Source: Macrostomum hystrix
Taxonomy: Eukaryota; Animalia; Platyhelminthes
NCBI GenBank assembly: GCA_950097015.1
Contig: CATNEN010000001.1
Location: 8,804,001 to 8,868,000, forward strand
Direction: 5' to 3'
DNA: 64,000 bases
The first letter of the stretch is position 1. Every line of letters begins with the position of its first letter. Position numbers and translations under genes: made by a program. The notes beneath the pieces were generated by a model, which had not been told where the DNA came from, made no database searches, and saw only the letters and a list, made by a program, of their open reading frames with translations. This document shows positions 45,701-58,301 of this stretch, piece after piece.

Positions 45701-48700
45701 ATGGTTCTAGTTACGATTCTTCTTATGGTTCTAGTTACGATTCTTCTTATGGTTCTAGTTACGATTCTTCTTATGGTTCTAGTTACGATTGTTTTTACGG
45801 TTCTAGTTACGATTCTGCTTACGGTTCTAGTTACGATTCTTCTTATGGTTCTAGTTACGATTCTTCTTATGGTTCTAGTTACGATTCTTCTTATGGTTCT
45901 AGTTACGATTCTGCTTACGGTTCTAGTTACGATTCTGCTTACGGTTCTAGTTACGATTCTTCTTATGGTTCTAGTTACGATTCTTCTTGTGGTTCTAGTT
46001 ACGATTCTTCTTATGGTTCTAGTTACGATTCTTCTTATGGTTCTAGTTACGATTCTTCTTATGGTTCTAGTTACGATTCTTCTTATGGTTCTAGTTACGA
46101 TTCTTCTTATGGTTCTAGTTACGATTCTTCTTATGGTTCTAGTTACGATTCTGCTTACGGTTCTAGTTACGATTCTTTTACAGCTCTAGTTACGATTCTT
46201 CTTATGGTTCTAGTTACGATTCTTCTTATGGTTCTAGTTACGATTCTTCTTATGGTTCTAGTTACGATTCTTCTTATGGTTCTAGTTACGATTCTTCTTA
46301 TGGTTCTAGTTACGATTCTTCTTATGGTTCTAGTTACGATTCTTCTTATGGTTCTAGTTACGATTCTTCTTACAGTTCTAGTTACGATTCTTCTTATGGT
46401 TCTAGTTACGATTCTTCTTATGGTTCTAGTTACGATTCTTCTTATGGTTCTAGTTACGATTCTTCTTATGGTTCTAGTTACGATTCTTCTTATGGTTCTA
46501 GTTACGATTCTTCTTATGGTTCTAGTTACGATTCTTCTTACAGTTCTAGTTACGATTCTTCTTATGGTTCTAGTTACGATTCTTCTTATGGTTCTAGTTA
46601 CGATTCTTCTTATGGTTCTAGTTACGATTCTTCTTATGGTTCTAGTTACGATTCTTCTTATGGTTCTAGTTACGATTCTTCTTATGGTTCTAGTTACGAT
46701 TCTTCTTATGGTTCTAGTTACGATTCTTCTTATGGTTCTAGTTACGATTCTTCTTATGGTTCTAGTTACGATTCTGCTTACGGTTCTAGTTACGATTCTT
46801 CTTATGGTTCTAGTTACGATTCTTCTTATGGTTCTAGTTACGATTCTTCTTATGGTTCTAGTTACGATTCTTCTTACGGTTCTAGTTACGATTCTGCTTA
46901 CGGTTCTAGTTACGATTCTTCTTATGGTTCTAGTTACGATTGTTTTTACGGTTCTAGTTACGATTCTGCTTACGGTTCTAGTTACGATTCTTCTTATGGT
47001 TCTAGTTACGATTCTTCTTATGGTTCTAGTTACGATTCTTCTTATGGTTCTAGTTACGATTCTTCTTACGGTTCTAGTTACGATTCTGCTTACGGTTCTA
47101 GTTACGATTCTTCTTATGGTTCTAGTTACGATTCTTCTTATGGTTCTAGTTACGATTCTTCTTATGGTTCTAGTTACGATTCTTCTTATGGTTCTAGTTA
47201 CGATTCTTCTTATGGTTCTAGTTACGATTCTTCTTACGGTTCTAGTTACGATTCTTCTTATGGTTCTAGTTACGATTCTTCTTATGGTTCTAGTTACGAT
47301 TCTTCTTATGGTTCTAGTTACGATTCTTCTTATGGTTCTAGTTACGATTCTTCTTATGGTTCTAGTTACGATTCTTCTTATGGTTCTAGTTACGATTCTT
47401 CTTATGGTTCTAGTTACGATTCTTCTTATGGTTCTAGTTACGATTCTTCTTATGGTTCTAGTTACGATTCTTCTTATGGTTCTAGTTACGATTCTTCTTA
47501 TGGTTCTAGTTACGATTCTTCTTATGGTTCTAGTTACGATTCTTCTTATGGTTCTAGTTACGATTCTTCTTATGGTTCTAGTTACGATTCTTCTTATGGT
47601 TCTAGTTACGATTCTTCTTATGGTTCTAGTTACGATTCTTCTTATGGTTCTAGTTACGATTCTTCTTACGGTTCTAGTTACGATTCTGCTTACGGTTCTA
47701 GTTACGATTCTTCTTATGGTTCTAGTTACGATTCTTCTTATGGTTCTAGTTACGATTCTTCTTATGGTTCTAGTTACGATTCTTCTTACGGTTCTAGTTA
47801 CGATTCTGCTTACGGTTCTAGTTACGATTCTTCTTATGGTTCTAGTTACGATTCTTCTTATGGTTCTAGTTACGATTCTTCTTATGGTTCTAGTTACGAT
47901 TCTTCTTATGGTTCTAGTTACGATTCTTCTTATGGTTCTAGTTACGATTCTTCTTATGGTTCTAGTTACGATTCTTCTTGTGGTTCTAGTTACGATTCTG
48001 CTTACGGTTCTAGTTACGATTCTTTTACAGCTCTAGTTACGATTCTTCTTATGGTTCTAGTTACGATTCTTCTTACGGTTCTAGTTACGATTCTGCTTAC
48101 GGTTCTAGTTACGATTCTGCTTACGGTTCTAGTTACGATTCTTCTTGTGGTTCTAGTTACGATTGTTTTTACGGTTCTAGTTACGTTTCTAGTTACGATT
48201 CTTCTTATGGTTCTAGTTACGATTCTTCTTACGGTTCTAGTTACGATTCTGCTTACGGTTCTAGTTACGATTCTTCTTATGGTTCTAGTTACGATTCTTC
48301 TTATGGTTCTAGTTACGATTCTTCTTATGGTTCTAGTTACGATTCTTCTTATGGTTCTAGTTACGATTCTTCTTATGGTTCTAGTTACGATTCTTCTTAC
48401 AGTTCTAGTTACGATTCTTCTTATGGTTCTAGTTACGATTCTTCTTATGGTTCTAGTTACGATTCTTCTTATGGTTCTAGTTACGATTCTTCTTACGGTT
48501 CTAGTTACGATTCTTCTTGTGGTTCTAGTTACGATTCTTCTTACGGTTCTAGTTACGATTCTTCTTATGGTTCTAGTTACGATTCTTCTTATGGTTCTAG
48601 TTACGATTCTTCTTATGGTTCTAGTTACGATTCTTCTTACGGTTCTAGTTACGATTCTGCTTACGGTTCTAGTTACGATTCTTCTTATGGTTCTAGTTAC

Positions 48701-50207
48701 GATTCTTCTTATGGTTCTAGTTACGATTCTTCTTATGGTTCTAGTTACGATTCTTCTTATGGTTCTAGTTACGATTCTTCTTATGGTTCTAGTTACGATT
48801 CTTCTTATGGTTCTAGTTACGATTCTTCTTGTGGTTCTAGTTACGATTCTGCTTACGGTTCTAGTTACGATTCTTTTACAGCTCTAGTTACGATTCTTCT
48901 TATGGTTCTAGTTACGATTCTTCTTACGGTTCTAGTTACGATTCTGCTTACGGTTCTAGTTACGATTCTGCTTACGGTTCTAGTTACGATTCTTCTTGTG
49001 GTTCTAGTTACGATTGTTTTTACGGTTCTAGTTACGTTTCTAGTTACGATTCTTCTTATGGTTCTAGTTACGATTCTGCTTACGGTTCTAGTTACGATTC
49101 TTCTTATGGTTCTAGTTACGATTCTTCTTATGGTTCTAGTTACGATTCTTCTTATGGTTCTAGTTACGATTCTTCTTATGGTTCTAGTTACGATTCTTCT
49201 TATGGTTCTAGTTACGATTCTTCTTACAGTTCTAGTTACGATTCTTCTTATGGTTCTAGTTACGATTCTTCTTATGGTTCTAGTTACGATTCTTCTTATG
49301 GTTCTAGTTACGATTCTTCTTATGGTTCTAGTTACGATTCTTCTTACGGTTCTAGTTACGATTCTTCTTGTGGTTCTAGTTACGATTCTTCTTACGGTTC
49401 TAGTTACGATTCTTCTTATGGTTCTAGTTACGATTCTTCTTATGGTTCTAGTTACGATTCTTCTTATGGTTCTAGTTACGATTCTTCTTATGGTTCTAGT
49501 AACGATTCTTCTTACGGTTCTAGTTACGATTCTGCTTATGGTTCTAGTTACGATTCTTCTTATGGTTCTAGTTACGATTCTTCTTATGGTTCTAGTTACG
49601 ATTCTTCTTATGGTTCTAGTTACGATTCTTCTTATGGTTCTAGTTACGATTCTTCTTATGGTTCTAGTTACGATTCTTCTTATGGTTCTAGTTACGATTC
49701 TTCTTATGGTTCTAGTTACGATTCTTCTTACGGTTCTAGTTACGATTCTGCTTATGGTTCTAGTTACGATTCTTCTTATGGTTCTAGTTACGATTCTTCT
49801 TATGGTTCTAGTTACGATTCTTCTTATGGTTCTAGTTACGATTCTTCTTATGGTTCTAGTTACGATTCTTCTTATGGTTCTAGTTACGATTCTTCTTATG
49901 GTTCTAGTTACGATTCTTCTTACAGTTCTAGTTACGATTCTTCTTACGGTTCTAGTTACGATTCTTCTTACAGTTCTAGTTACGATTCTTCTTATGGTTC
50001 TAGTTACGATTCTTCTTACAGTTCTAGTTACGATTCTTCTTATGGTTCTAGTTACGATTGTTCTTACGGTTCTAGTTACGATTCTTCTTACAGTTCTAGT
50101 TACGATTCTTCTTACGGTTTTAGTTACGATTCTTCTTGTGGTTCTAGTTACGATTCTTCTTATGGTTCTAGTTACGATTCTTCTTATGGTTCTAGTTACG
50201 ATTCTTA
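42745..50207. repeat. 7.45-kb 24-bp satellite (CTTCTTATGGTTCTAGTTACGATT)n, about 310 units
   Basis: Highly homogeneous; rare 23-bp units shift the frame; 851-bp higher-order duplication (48051 vs 48902). Confidence 0.98.
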
Positions 50208-50654
50208 AGACTGACTGACTTAAGAAGACTGACTTATCTAGTCAACGCGAGTTGAGCTGTTTTTAAAATACATAATGTAGAAAATATACCCGATTGAAAA
50301 AATCAACAGCTTACTTAGCGATCAACAGAAAATTTATAGAACTTTATTAAAATTATTCATAAATACATAAAACATTGAAACTATTATACGCAAATATAAG
50401 ATAAGCAAGAGCATGTTGCGGCACTCATTTATAACAATTATCTTTTTTAACTGCGTAACTCACTTTCACGAATGACGAAAAATCACACAAGTATGCAAAA
50501 GCATTAAAAACACTGATCCATAAGCGAAACAACGTAAATATAAAAAACAATTTATGATTTGTTTTAATAAAATAAATTTTTTTAATTTTGATAGCTTTGT
50601 TCTGCAATCTTATTGAAATTCTTAGTCCCGATTCTGCTGCGTTTACATCTTGAG

Positions 50655-51032
50655 TCTAGCTGCGATTCCAGCTACAATTCTAACTAAGATTCTGACTACC
50701 ATTCTTACTGCGATTCCAGCTACCACTCTTACTGCGATTCCAGCTACCATTCTTGCTGCGATTCCAGCTACCACTCTTACTGCGATTCCAGCTACCATTC
50801 TTGCTGCGATTCCAGCTACCACTCTTACTGCGATTCCAGCCACCATTCTTGCTGCGATTCCAGCTACCACTCTTACTGCGATTCCAGCTACCACTCTTAC
50901 TGCGATTCCAGCTACCACTCTTACTGCGATTCCAGCTACCACTCTTACTGCGATTCCAGCAACCACTCTTACTGCGATTCCAGCTACCATTCTTACTGCG
51001 ATTCCAGCTACCACATTTACTGCGATTCCTGC
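50655..51032. repeat. 24-bp minisatellite (CTTACTGCGATTCCAGCTACCACT)n
   Basis: About 15 units; related to the adjacent large satellite. Confidence 0.93.
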
Positions 51033-51204
51033 TATTAGATAAAAGAAATTATCAAGCACGACTAAGCAAGCACCTCTAGCAACAAAATAAGTTCATAGCA
51101 ATTCAACGTAAAAATCTAGAAGCAATTAGTAAAAGCAAGGCGGTTTGGGTCAGAAAAGGCAGAAATAAAATGATGAAGTTAGGATAAAATATGTTGCAGA
51201 CTCA

Positions 51205-53750
51205 TTACAATGAGCTGGGTCGAACACAGCTGGCAGGAAACAGACCAACTTGTTGAGTAGTCAAGCTTAGACCTCGGCACCAACCGTCCAAGCGTTGATT
51301 GATGACGCAAATCAATTCACCATAAGATATAGTTAGTTCTGCGTGTGTAGCTGCCTGCCTAGATTGAATGCAGCGATAAATGGGCACAGAACTGCTGGTA
51401 AATGGATGCGAATCGGCAACCGCTGCATGCTGCTGCTGCTGCTGATTAAGATTGAACTGAGGTGACCGATGTGGCGCTGGTGAAATCTGAAATAACGATA
51501 AGAGATTAGTGCGTGATGCAGAGGCGAAGTAGAGTGACAAATCAGAAATCAAAACTCACCTGATTCTGAGCAAGTGAAGCAACAACATCAGCAAATCGTT
51601 GATCTTCCTCAGCCTGCTGCTGCTGCTGCTGCTGCTGTTGCCTAGCATTTGAGCCAGGAAACCAGCTTCGCAAAGTCTTGATAAAACCGCGAACGCTACT
51701 AACTCTAGTCTGACGATCTCTGCGACGCAGATTGAGGTCAATAACAAGGACACCAGACTGGTGAGCATGCGAAGATTCGGACGACATTGAAGCAGCTGGT
51801 TGATGCTGCACTTGTAATTGTTCATCTAAACTATTCGAACTGACAGACGACGAGGCAGCGGCTTGTTGCTGAGGCGGTTGAACAGCCGCTTGGCGAAGTC
51901 TACTACGAGACGGCAGATCCGTCGGTTGGACGGCTTTAGTAACATAGCTAGCAGGAAATAGGCCAGTAGCCATTGTTAACTGGCATCGGCCGTGTAGCCA
52001 ACCCTTGGATTGCTTATCTAGCACTAGATATTTGCGATCTTTAATCAATGGCAGCAGTGGCATTGTAGCTAGTCTGGTGCCAAATGCTAAACTCACTGAC
52101 GGTCGCCAATTGTGCAAGGCGCTAACTACCGGATAGCAACTAGTATTATCAGAATCGGCATTGTTAGCCATAGTAGCCGAACTAGAACTAGATAAGGACA
52201 CAACCGGCCTAGTGTAAGCCAAAGGGAAGTAGCCTTTTCGTGAACCAACGCGACCGTAGGCCCAGCCGGTAGAGTCCGCGTCGGCTAAGCCGCTGTGCCT
52301 ATTAGGCAGCATTTCAATGAGGTCACCGGGGCGCAGTTCCAGGTATCTGGTTGGTTGAGGAGGGGGTGGTTTCAAGTCCAACTGTTTATTAACGAGTCTA
52401 TCCGGGATTAAAATTTCCAATGATAAAATAATACATTAAATTATCGAAAACCTGTGAAGTTAGGTTTCATGGACAATAGATCAAACTGGGAATTTTTGGT
52501 ATTCTAAGAACCATTACTCCAATAGGAAATTTGGAATTTTAATCACAATGGTTCGATTTTCATAATGAATCAATCTGGGGATTTGGGGGTTTTCATAATG
52601 AATCAATCTGGGGATTTGGGGTTTTTCATAATGAATCAATCTGGGGATTTGGGGGTTTTCATAATGAATCAATCTGGGGATTTGGGGTTTTCATAATGAA
52701 TCAATCTGGGGATTTGGGGTTTTCATAATGAATCAATCTGGGGATTTGGGGTTTTCATAATGAATCAATCTGGGGATTTGGGGTTTTCATAATGAATCAA
52801 TCTGGGGATTTGGGGTTTTTCATAATGAATCAATCTGGGGATTTGGGGTTTTTCATAATGAATCAATCTGGGGATTTGGCGTTTTTTATAATGAATCAAT
52901 CCGGGGATTTGGGGGTTTTCATAATGAATCAATCTGGGGATTTGGGGTTTTTTATAATGAATCAATCTGGGGATTTGGGGTTTTTTATAATGAATCAATC
53001 TGGGGATTTGGGGTTTTCATAATGAATCAATCTGGGGATTTGGGGTGCTCCAGCTCCATCTGGGAAGAAGGAGCATAATAAATGTAAGAGTTATTTAAGT
53101 TTAAACAATTGATTGTGGCTAGTTATTATCTAGCAGTCATAGCAGAATTAATCTTAATCTTACCTGGAATCCGGCGGATCATAGCTAAACTCGTGCACGG
53201 CGGTACAAAAGTCTCCAGACATAAGGTGGCAATGTCTACGCTGGTGCTGCTGCTGTTGCTGTATTCTTCTGTTACCATCGCTAATACTGCTAGTCTTTGT
53301 AGCAGACAAAGACGTATTTTTTATTTCCAATTTAGTCTTTTGTAATTCTTCAAAACGGCTTGACAACCTATTGAGTTGCACATTAGGCGGCAGTTGATCA
53401 ACTCTTGTACAACCAATCGGTACGCGACACTCTGGACACAATGGACTTGTTGGAGTCTCCGAAGATGAGGCAGCATCAGCCAGGAAATTATAGAATAGTT
53501 TAGTAAGACACATGTGACAATAGGCGTGCTGACAGGGTAGAACTCTGCTATCAGCTAATGGGCCAACCATGCGCTCCATACAGATTGGACATTCGAAGGC
53601 TGCTTCAACAAAGTCACGAAAGCGATCAAAATCTGTTGGCTTTGAATTATTAATGTCGTTATTGTTATGGCTACTATCTAATAACTTTGTTGTCATTATT
53701 TTGGCAGTTTTGTGGCGTGACCGACGAGGCAATGGCGGCGCCTGCGCCAT
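51205..53750 (-). CDS. SH3RF1: RING finger + 3xSH3 E3 ubiquitin ligase, POSH/SH3RF-like, about 551 aa
   Basis: Exons 53164-53750, 51560-52346 and 51205-51486 join in phase. RING CPICMERM..LPCQHAYCHMCL..CPECR..LPPNVQLNRL. SH3 motifs GWAYGRVGSRKGYFPLAY, GWLHG..GLFPASYV, ELTISYGE..DGWCRG..GLFPASCV. Paralogue assignment uncertain. Confidence 0.85.
52557..53046. repeat. 32-34-bp G-tract minisatellite (CATAATGAATCAATCTGGGGATTTGGGGTTTTT)n in the SH3RF intron
   Basis: About 15 units, each with two G4-5 runs. Confidence 0.95.
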
Positions 53751-54882
53751 TATTAACAGTTTGCAAAGGCCTGACTAAGTTAAGGATTTACAATGCAGAT
53801 TGACAAACTTTTGTTATTGATTTCAAGCCTGAAATATTTGGGAATAATAATTGAAATACTAAATATAATGATTGAATCATCATTTTTATATAAATTGTAA
53901 CTTTTATTAAAGACAAAAAAGTATTTAATACCATTGTAAAAATATGGCATATAAAATGAAAGGATAAAGGTTGACAGTCAAATAAAAGCTTGATTTAATT
54001 ATTTTACTTTTAGAATGATGCTAACTACTTATAAAGTAATTAATCTATTTTTTTAACTGACCTGTTCTTACAAACAACTTTCTTGCTCAGCATTTACCTT
54101 GGTCACATACATAATTACCTGATTTGGATAACATTTATATGCATTCTTGTGCATACTTTGTATGGGCAAGGCAAAAACTTTCCATACTTGTCCAAATATT
54201 CAGGTTCTTAAAATGGATGCATTAATTTTCAAAGCAGAACATTATAATTACTGTTGATCAGAAAACTCTTATTGACAACCTTTCTACAGCTAGTTACATT
54301 TGGTTAATAATCTTCATAAGAACCACTGGGTTATATTTTTACATTTTATTATACTAACTATTAATTACAGAATTAATGCTTTAATTTGCTTTAATGTTAA
54401 CCTTAAAAAACTATGCATATTAAGAGCAAGCCCAGAATGATAATAACTAGAAATAGAAATAAAGTAGTGAAAAGTTAAACATATTTTTTATGTTCAAGCA
54501 AACAGGTCTAGCTCAAATGTGTTTACTAAAAACCATTTTAATCACAAATATGAGTGCCTCTATTCAACACAGATGATTTTAAGTTACAGTTGTCAGTTAT
54601 GTTTTGACTAGATATGTCTAATTTAATTAAGTGAAAGTAGGCCAAACATAAGTAACAGTACACAGCAGATATAGATTTACTGCCAAACTTATCAAATGTA
54701 GACCTTGTTGCATAGGCTCCAGAAACCACCATAAGTTTGAGAATTACATTATTAAGAATGAAATGCTTCCCAATTTCTACAGTAGTGTGCTCACTGCTTA
54801 TCACATGTCTGTTGTTACAAATACATATAAAAGTAATGATGCAATATGAGATCAAGTTCTCACAAAAAAGAAACCTCCATAT

Positions 54883-55008
54883 TTTAGGGATGACATCAAA
54901 GAATGTGGCTGACAACAACTCATTCTTGTGTCAGAGCATCAAATATAACTTGTGAAGGCCAGCACCTGGTACATAGATGACACCTTCTATGTAACAAGAT
55001 CTCTATAA
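54883..55008 (+). pseudogene. Decayed MULE (Mutator-like) transposase fragment
   Basis: Frame reads FRDDIKECG*QQLILVSEHQI*LVKASTWYIDDTFYVTRSL*, matching the 'HLIFATxxQL..L.KAKTWYxDGTF' first catalytic-Asp motif; in-frame stops. Confidence 0.6.
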
Positions 55009-57261
55009 AACACAATTTTTATGTTTTACTTTGCTTTTCACAATTATTTATAGAGGTTGGAGGACAGACATGAATTTTTTGTCATGTGTGAAATTTTGTG
55101 AATTTTCAAGGCTTGGTGTGATTGTAAAATTTATTTTTTGTCATGAAGGCATCAACAAGGTAGGCAGCATTGTAGGGCACTTCCAACATTCTGCAACAGC
55201 ATAAACTAACCTAACATCTCTGGAAAAGTAGCTTGACCTGCCTGTCCACTGCCTTGAGCAGGATGTGGATACACGGTGGAATTCTACATTGTCATTTGTC
55301 ATTGTCAGATGTGCTCTCTGACAATAAGTACCTGGTGTCACAGAAAGCTAGAAGTTAAGCTACTAGACGTTTTTGAGGTTTTCATTCAAGAGCTAAGCCA
55401 AATGCCAGTCTTGCTTATGTCCTGCCATTTGTCAAGATCTCACTGGATCATATGCAACAGGTGGACACCTTTGGCATTAGTTTTTGTCTTCAAGACTTTC
55501 TAATTGAGGGGCTTCAAGTTTGCTTTGCAAATAAGAAAAAGAGCACAAAGCATTGTGCAGCCACCGTGATGGATCCACAATTCAAGTTCGCATTCTTTCT
55601 TTCCTAAATATCAGAATTACATAGAGGAAGTTAGCCATCAAATAATTTCAAAGAAAGAAAATTTCACAATTCATAAACTAGTTCTTAGAAATCATATTTG
55701 TGAAAAAAGGACATGAATTTACAAAATCATTATCACATTTGTGATCACATCCAACCTCTAATTATTTCCCCTGTTAAAGTTGCATGTCCTAAACAAAGAA
55801 TATCTGAAAACAATGAAATGAACAAAGAATAGCAAATAGCAGAGTGAAAATTGTATATTGATCAGTACTTCAGAAGACAATCACACTGGGTAGTAATGAG
55901 CCACCCATTAAAGCATAGCACTGAACATGTTCTTTGAAAAGAGTTTACACTATGACTATGGTACTCAAGGTGAGTGACAAACAAGTCATCTAATGTCCCA
56001 TGTATGTTGCGGAACATTTGCTTAGCATGGGCCAATGTCAGCACTTAAAACATTGCAAAGCTATATCTGCATATGCTGCATGTCTGTAACCTTTGCCACT
56101 TTATATTACACATCACCATGGTCGCATGAGTTCAAATCAGTTTGAAAAATCATTATATACAAAACAAAGTAAAACATTGCGCATTAAAGCATTCATACAT
56201 TCTTACAAGGACATGATAAAACCGTAGATAACAAATCCAAAGCAGGTATATATTTAAGTAGTCGCAATTTAATATCACTTATTAAAAACTAATAAAAGGA
56301 AGTCATGGCTTAGTGCTGCACAATTTTGCCGTGTGCAGCCGCAGGACACTGCCCAATAGAAAAAATGTCATTTTAAAAGAAATCGGCTCAGAATGTTCTC
56401 AAATTTTTAGACCTATCAGTGCGAAAAATTCCAACAGGTGTTACATACATCTTTTTGCGCTAGCTTTGTTTTTTTCAAATCTGTTGCTGAACGTAGAACT
56501 AAAATGCTGTGGGCAAGAAAAAAAAATATTTCATTGCCATTAAAAAGAATTATGAAACAATACGTGTGTGGTGTCTACATTGAACCAAACTTAACTATCG
56601 AGTTTCAGCTAAAGCTAAATACCGTTGGAACTTGAAGTATAATAATACTATTGCGCAGAACACGAGGGCCTAGGCAGCTAGGCTTAACTTAACTTATTAC
56701 TCTGATTGAGCTTATCATTTACTCACGGCAAGCCGGGTAGATTTTTTGAAAAAAGCCGAGAATAAAATGTTAAAACAAAATGTTACACTTAATAAAACAT
56801 ATATTGCGCTAATTAAGTAAATAAATAGATATATTTATCATTTTTTAAATAGATGTTTAAACTACATTTTTTTGTTTTCTTTACTGTGCTAGAATTACGT
56901 TCTCTCATTTTCTATTTTTCTATTTTACGTTTTCTACATTTTCTATTTTGCAAGAGTTTCTGGGTTTCTGTGTCAAGAGACACATAAGCTGCTTTGATAA
57001 ACTTTTTATCAAGCTTATATGGTTTTAAGAAGCTTATTGAACTAAATGACCAATCCATTTTATTGCTATTCGCCTGCCTATTAGAGGAACATAATATCAG
57101 TCTCAGGCCCAGCAGGCAGCAAGATTACAATGTAATTTATATTCGGATTCGGCCTATTTATCAAAATCACTCTACTGCCTGCCTGCCAGTACATGCATAC
57201 ATTTATGTCATGCTAGGCTAGTTTAGCTAGAAAGCTTTCTAAAACATACATATGCTGATTT

Positions 57262-57869
57262 GGCAATCTTGCAGTTCAGCATGTTTAATTATTTTTAATT
57301 TAAAAATGGTGCCAGAACGTGTTACACGTCATTTGACATGGCAGATGGTGTGGCTTGAGCCCATGAGTATGTCTGACAGGTCAGCGGCAACTCTTCTGCC
57401 AATCATTGCCCGTCATGTGCTTCCGGGCAGTTGGATCATCACGGACCAGTGGCAAGCCTATAACCAACTGGCCAACCATGTGACTGTCAATCACCGGCTC
57501 AACTTCATGGACCCCAACAATCCAATGGTCCATACCAACACCATTGAAGGCACATGGGCCCATGTCAAGGCCAGACTGCGGTCCATGCACAGAACATCAA
57601 AGGCGCTATTCAAAACATACCTAGAAGAGTTTCTCTGGCACCGGTCCTTCTAGCAGAAGATCTTTGGGAATCTTCTATTCTAGGTGGCTCACTACTACCC
57701 CATGTAATTGGTGCAGCTTTGCTAGTCTCTGACTCTGACTCTGAGGTTTCCAGCTTGTGTCTGACTGTCTCTTGTTGTTTCCTGTTGTATTGCATTGCAT
57801 GTCATTATGTTGCTGTCTAAAACAATTTAAAATTAAAAATAATTAAATGTGTGGATCTGCAAGATTGCC
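57262..57869 (+). mobile_element. Internally deleted Merlin (IS1016/ISXO2-like) DNA transposon, non-autonomous
   Basis: About 45-bp imperfect TIRs starting GGCAATCTTGCAG (57262; complement ends 57869); degenerate 8-bp TSD GCTGATTT/ACTGTTTT; C-terminal transposase DRSAATLLPII..PGS.IITDQWQAY..HVTVNH..HTNTIEGTW..YLEEFLW. Confidence 0.85.
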
Positions 57870-58301
57870 ACTGTTTTCTATTACATAAGTTTTAGATGTC
57901 CTTCTGCATATTTGTAGTGTTAAACTTTCACCATTCACTACCTATAGGCTACATGCAATTCTATACAATATTTTGTGCTATACCACATGCTATTTTTACT
58001 AGATAGCCTAGGCCTACTATTTTAATCTTGGAGGAGCACCTACTTGTGCCATGTATTAGGTGCAATAGGCCTACAATTTGCAAATGTAGCTGGTCTTCCT
58101 TGACCCATACTTAACATGCAGAATAGACCTAGGCCTAGCATACAGTGAAAGTTTAACACATGCATTTTTATATGTTTTTAATCAACAATGTTGTTGTCTA
58201 TTGGATATATGGCTACATCTAAGTCTTATTCATGCTATTACATATTTTAATCACATTTTGCATAAGTGTGAGTTCTTGTGTTAGGCCTATATTCTCTAGA
58301 T

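Noticed and set aside
42990-50218. (MVLVTILL)n ORFs up to 890 aa
   Set aside because: Artefact of a 24-bp unit with one stop-free frame; frameshifting units are tolerated
1-53046. Repeat arrays as CRISPR
   Set aside because: Head-to-tail units without unique spacers, no cas genes, eukaryotic context
52557-53046. Telomere-like T4G4 repeats
   Set aside because: The motif is embedded in a 33-bp unit, not a tandem telomeric array
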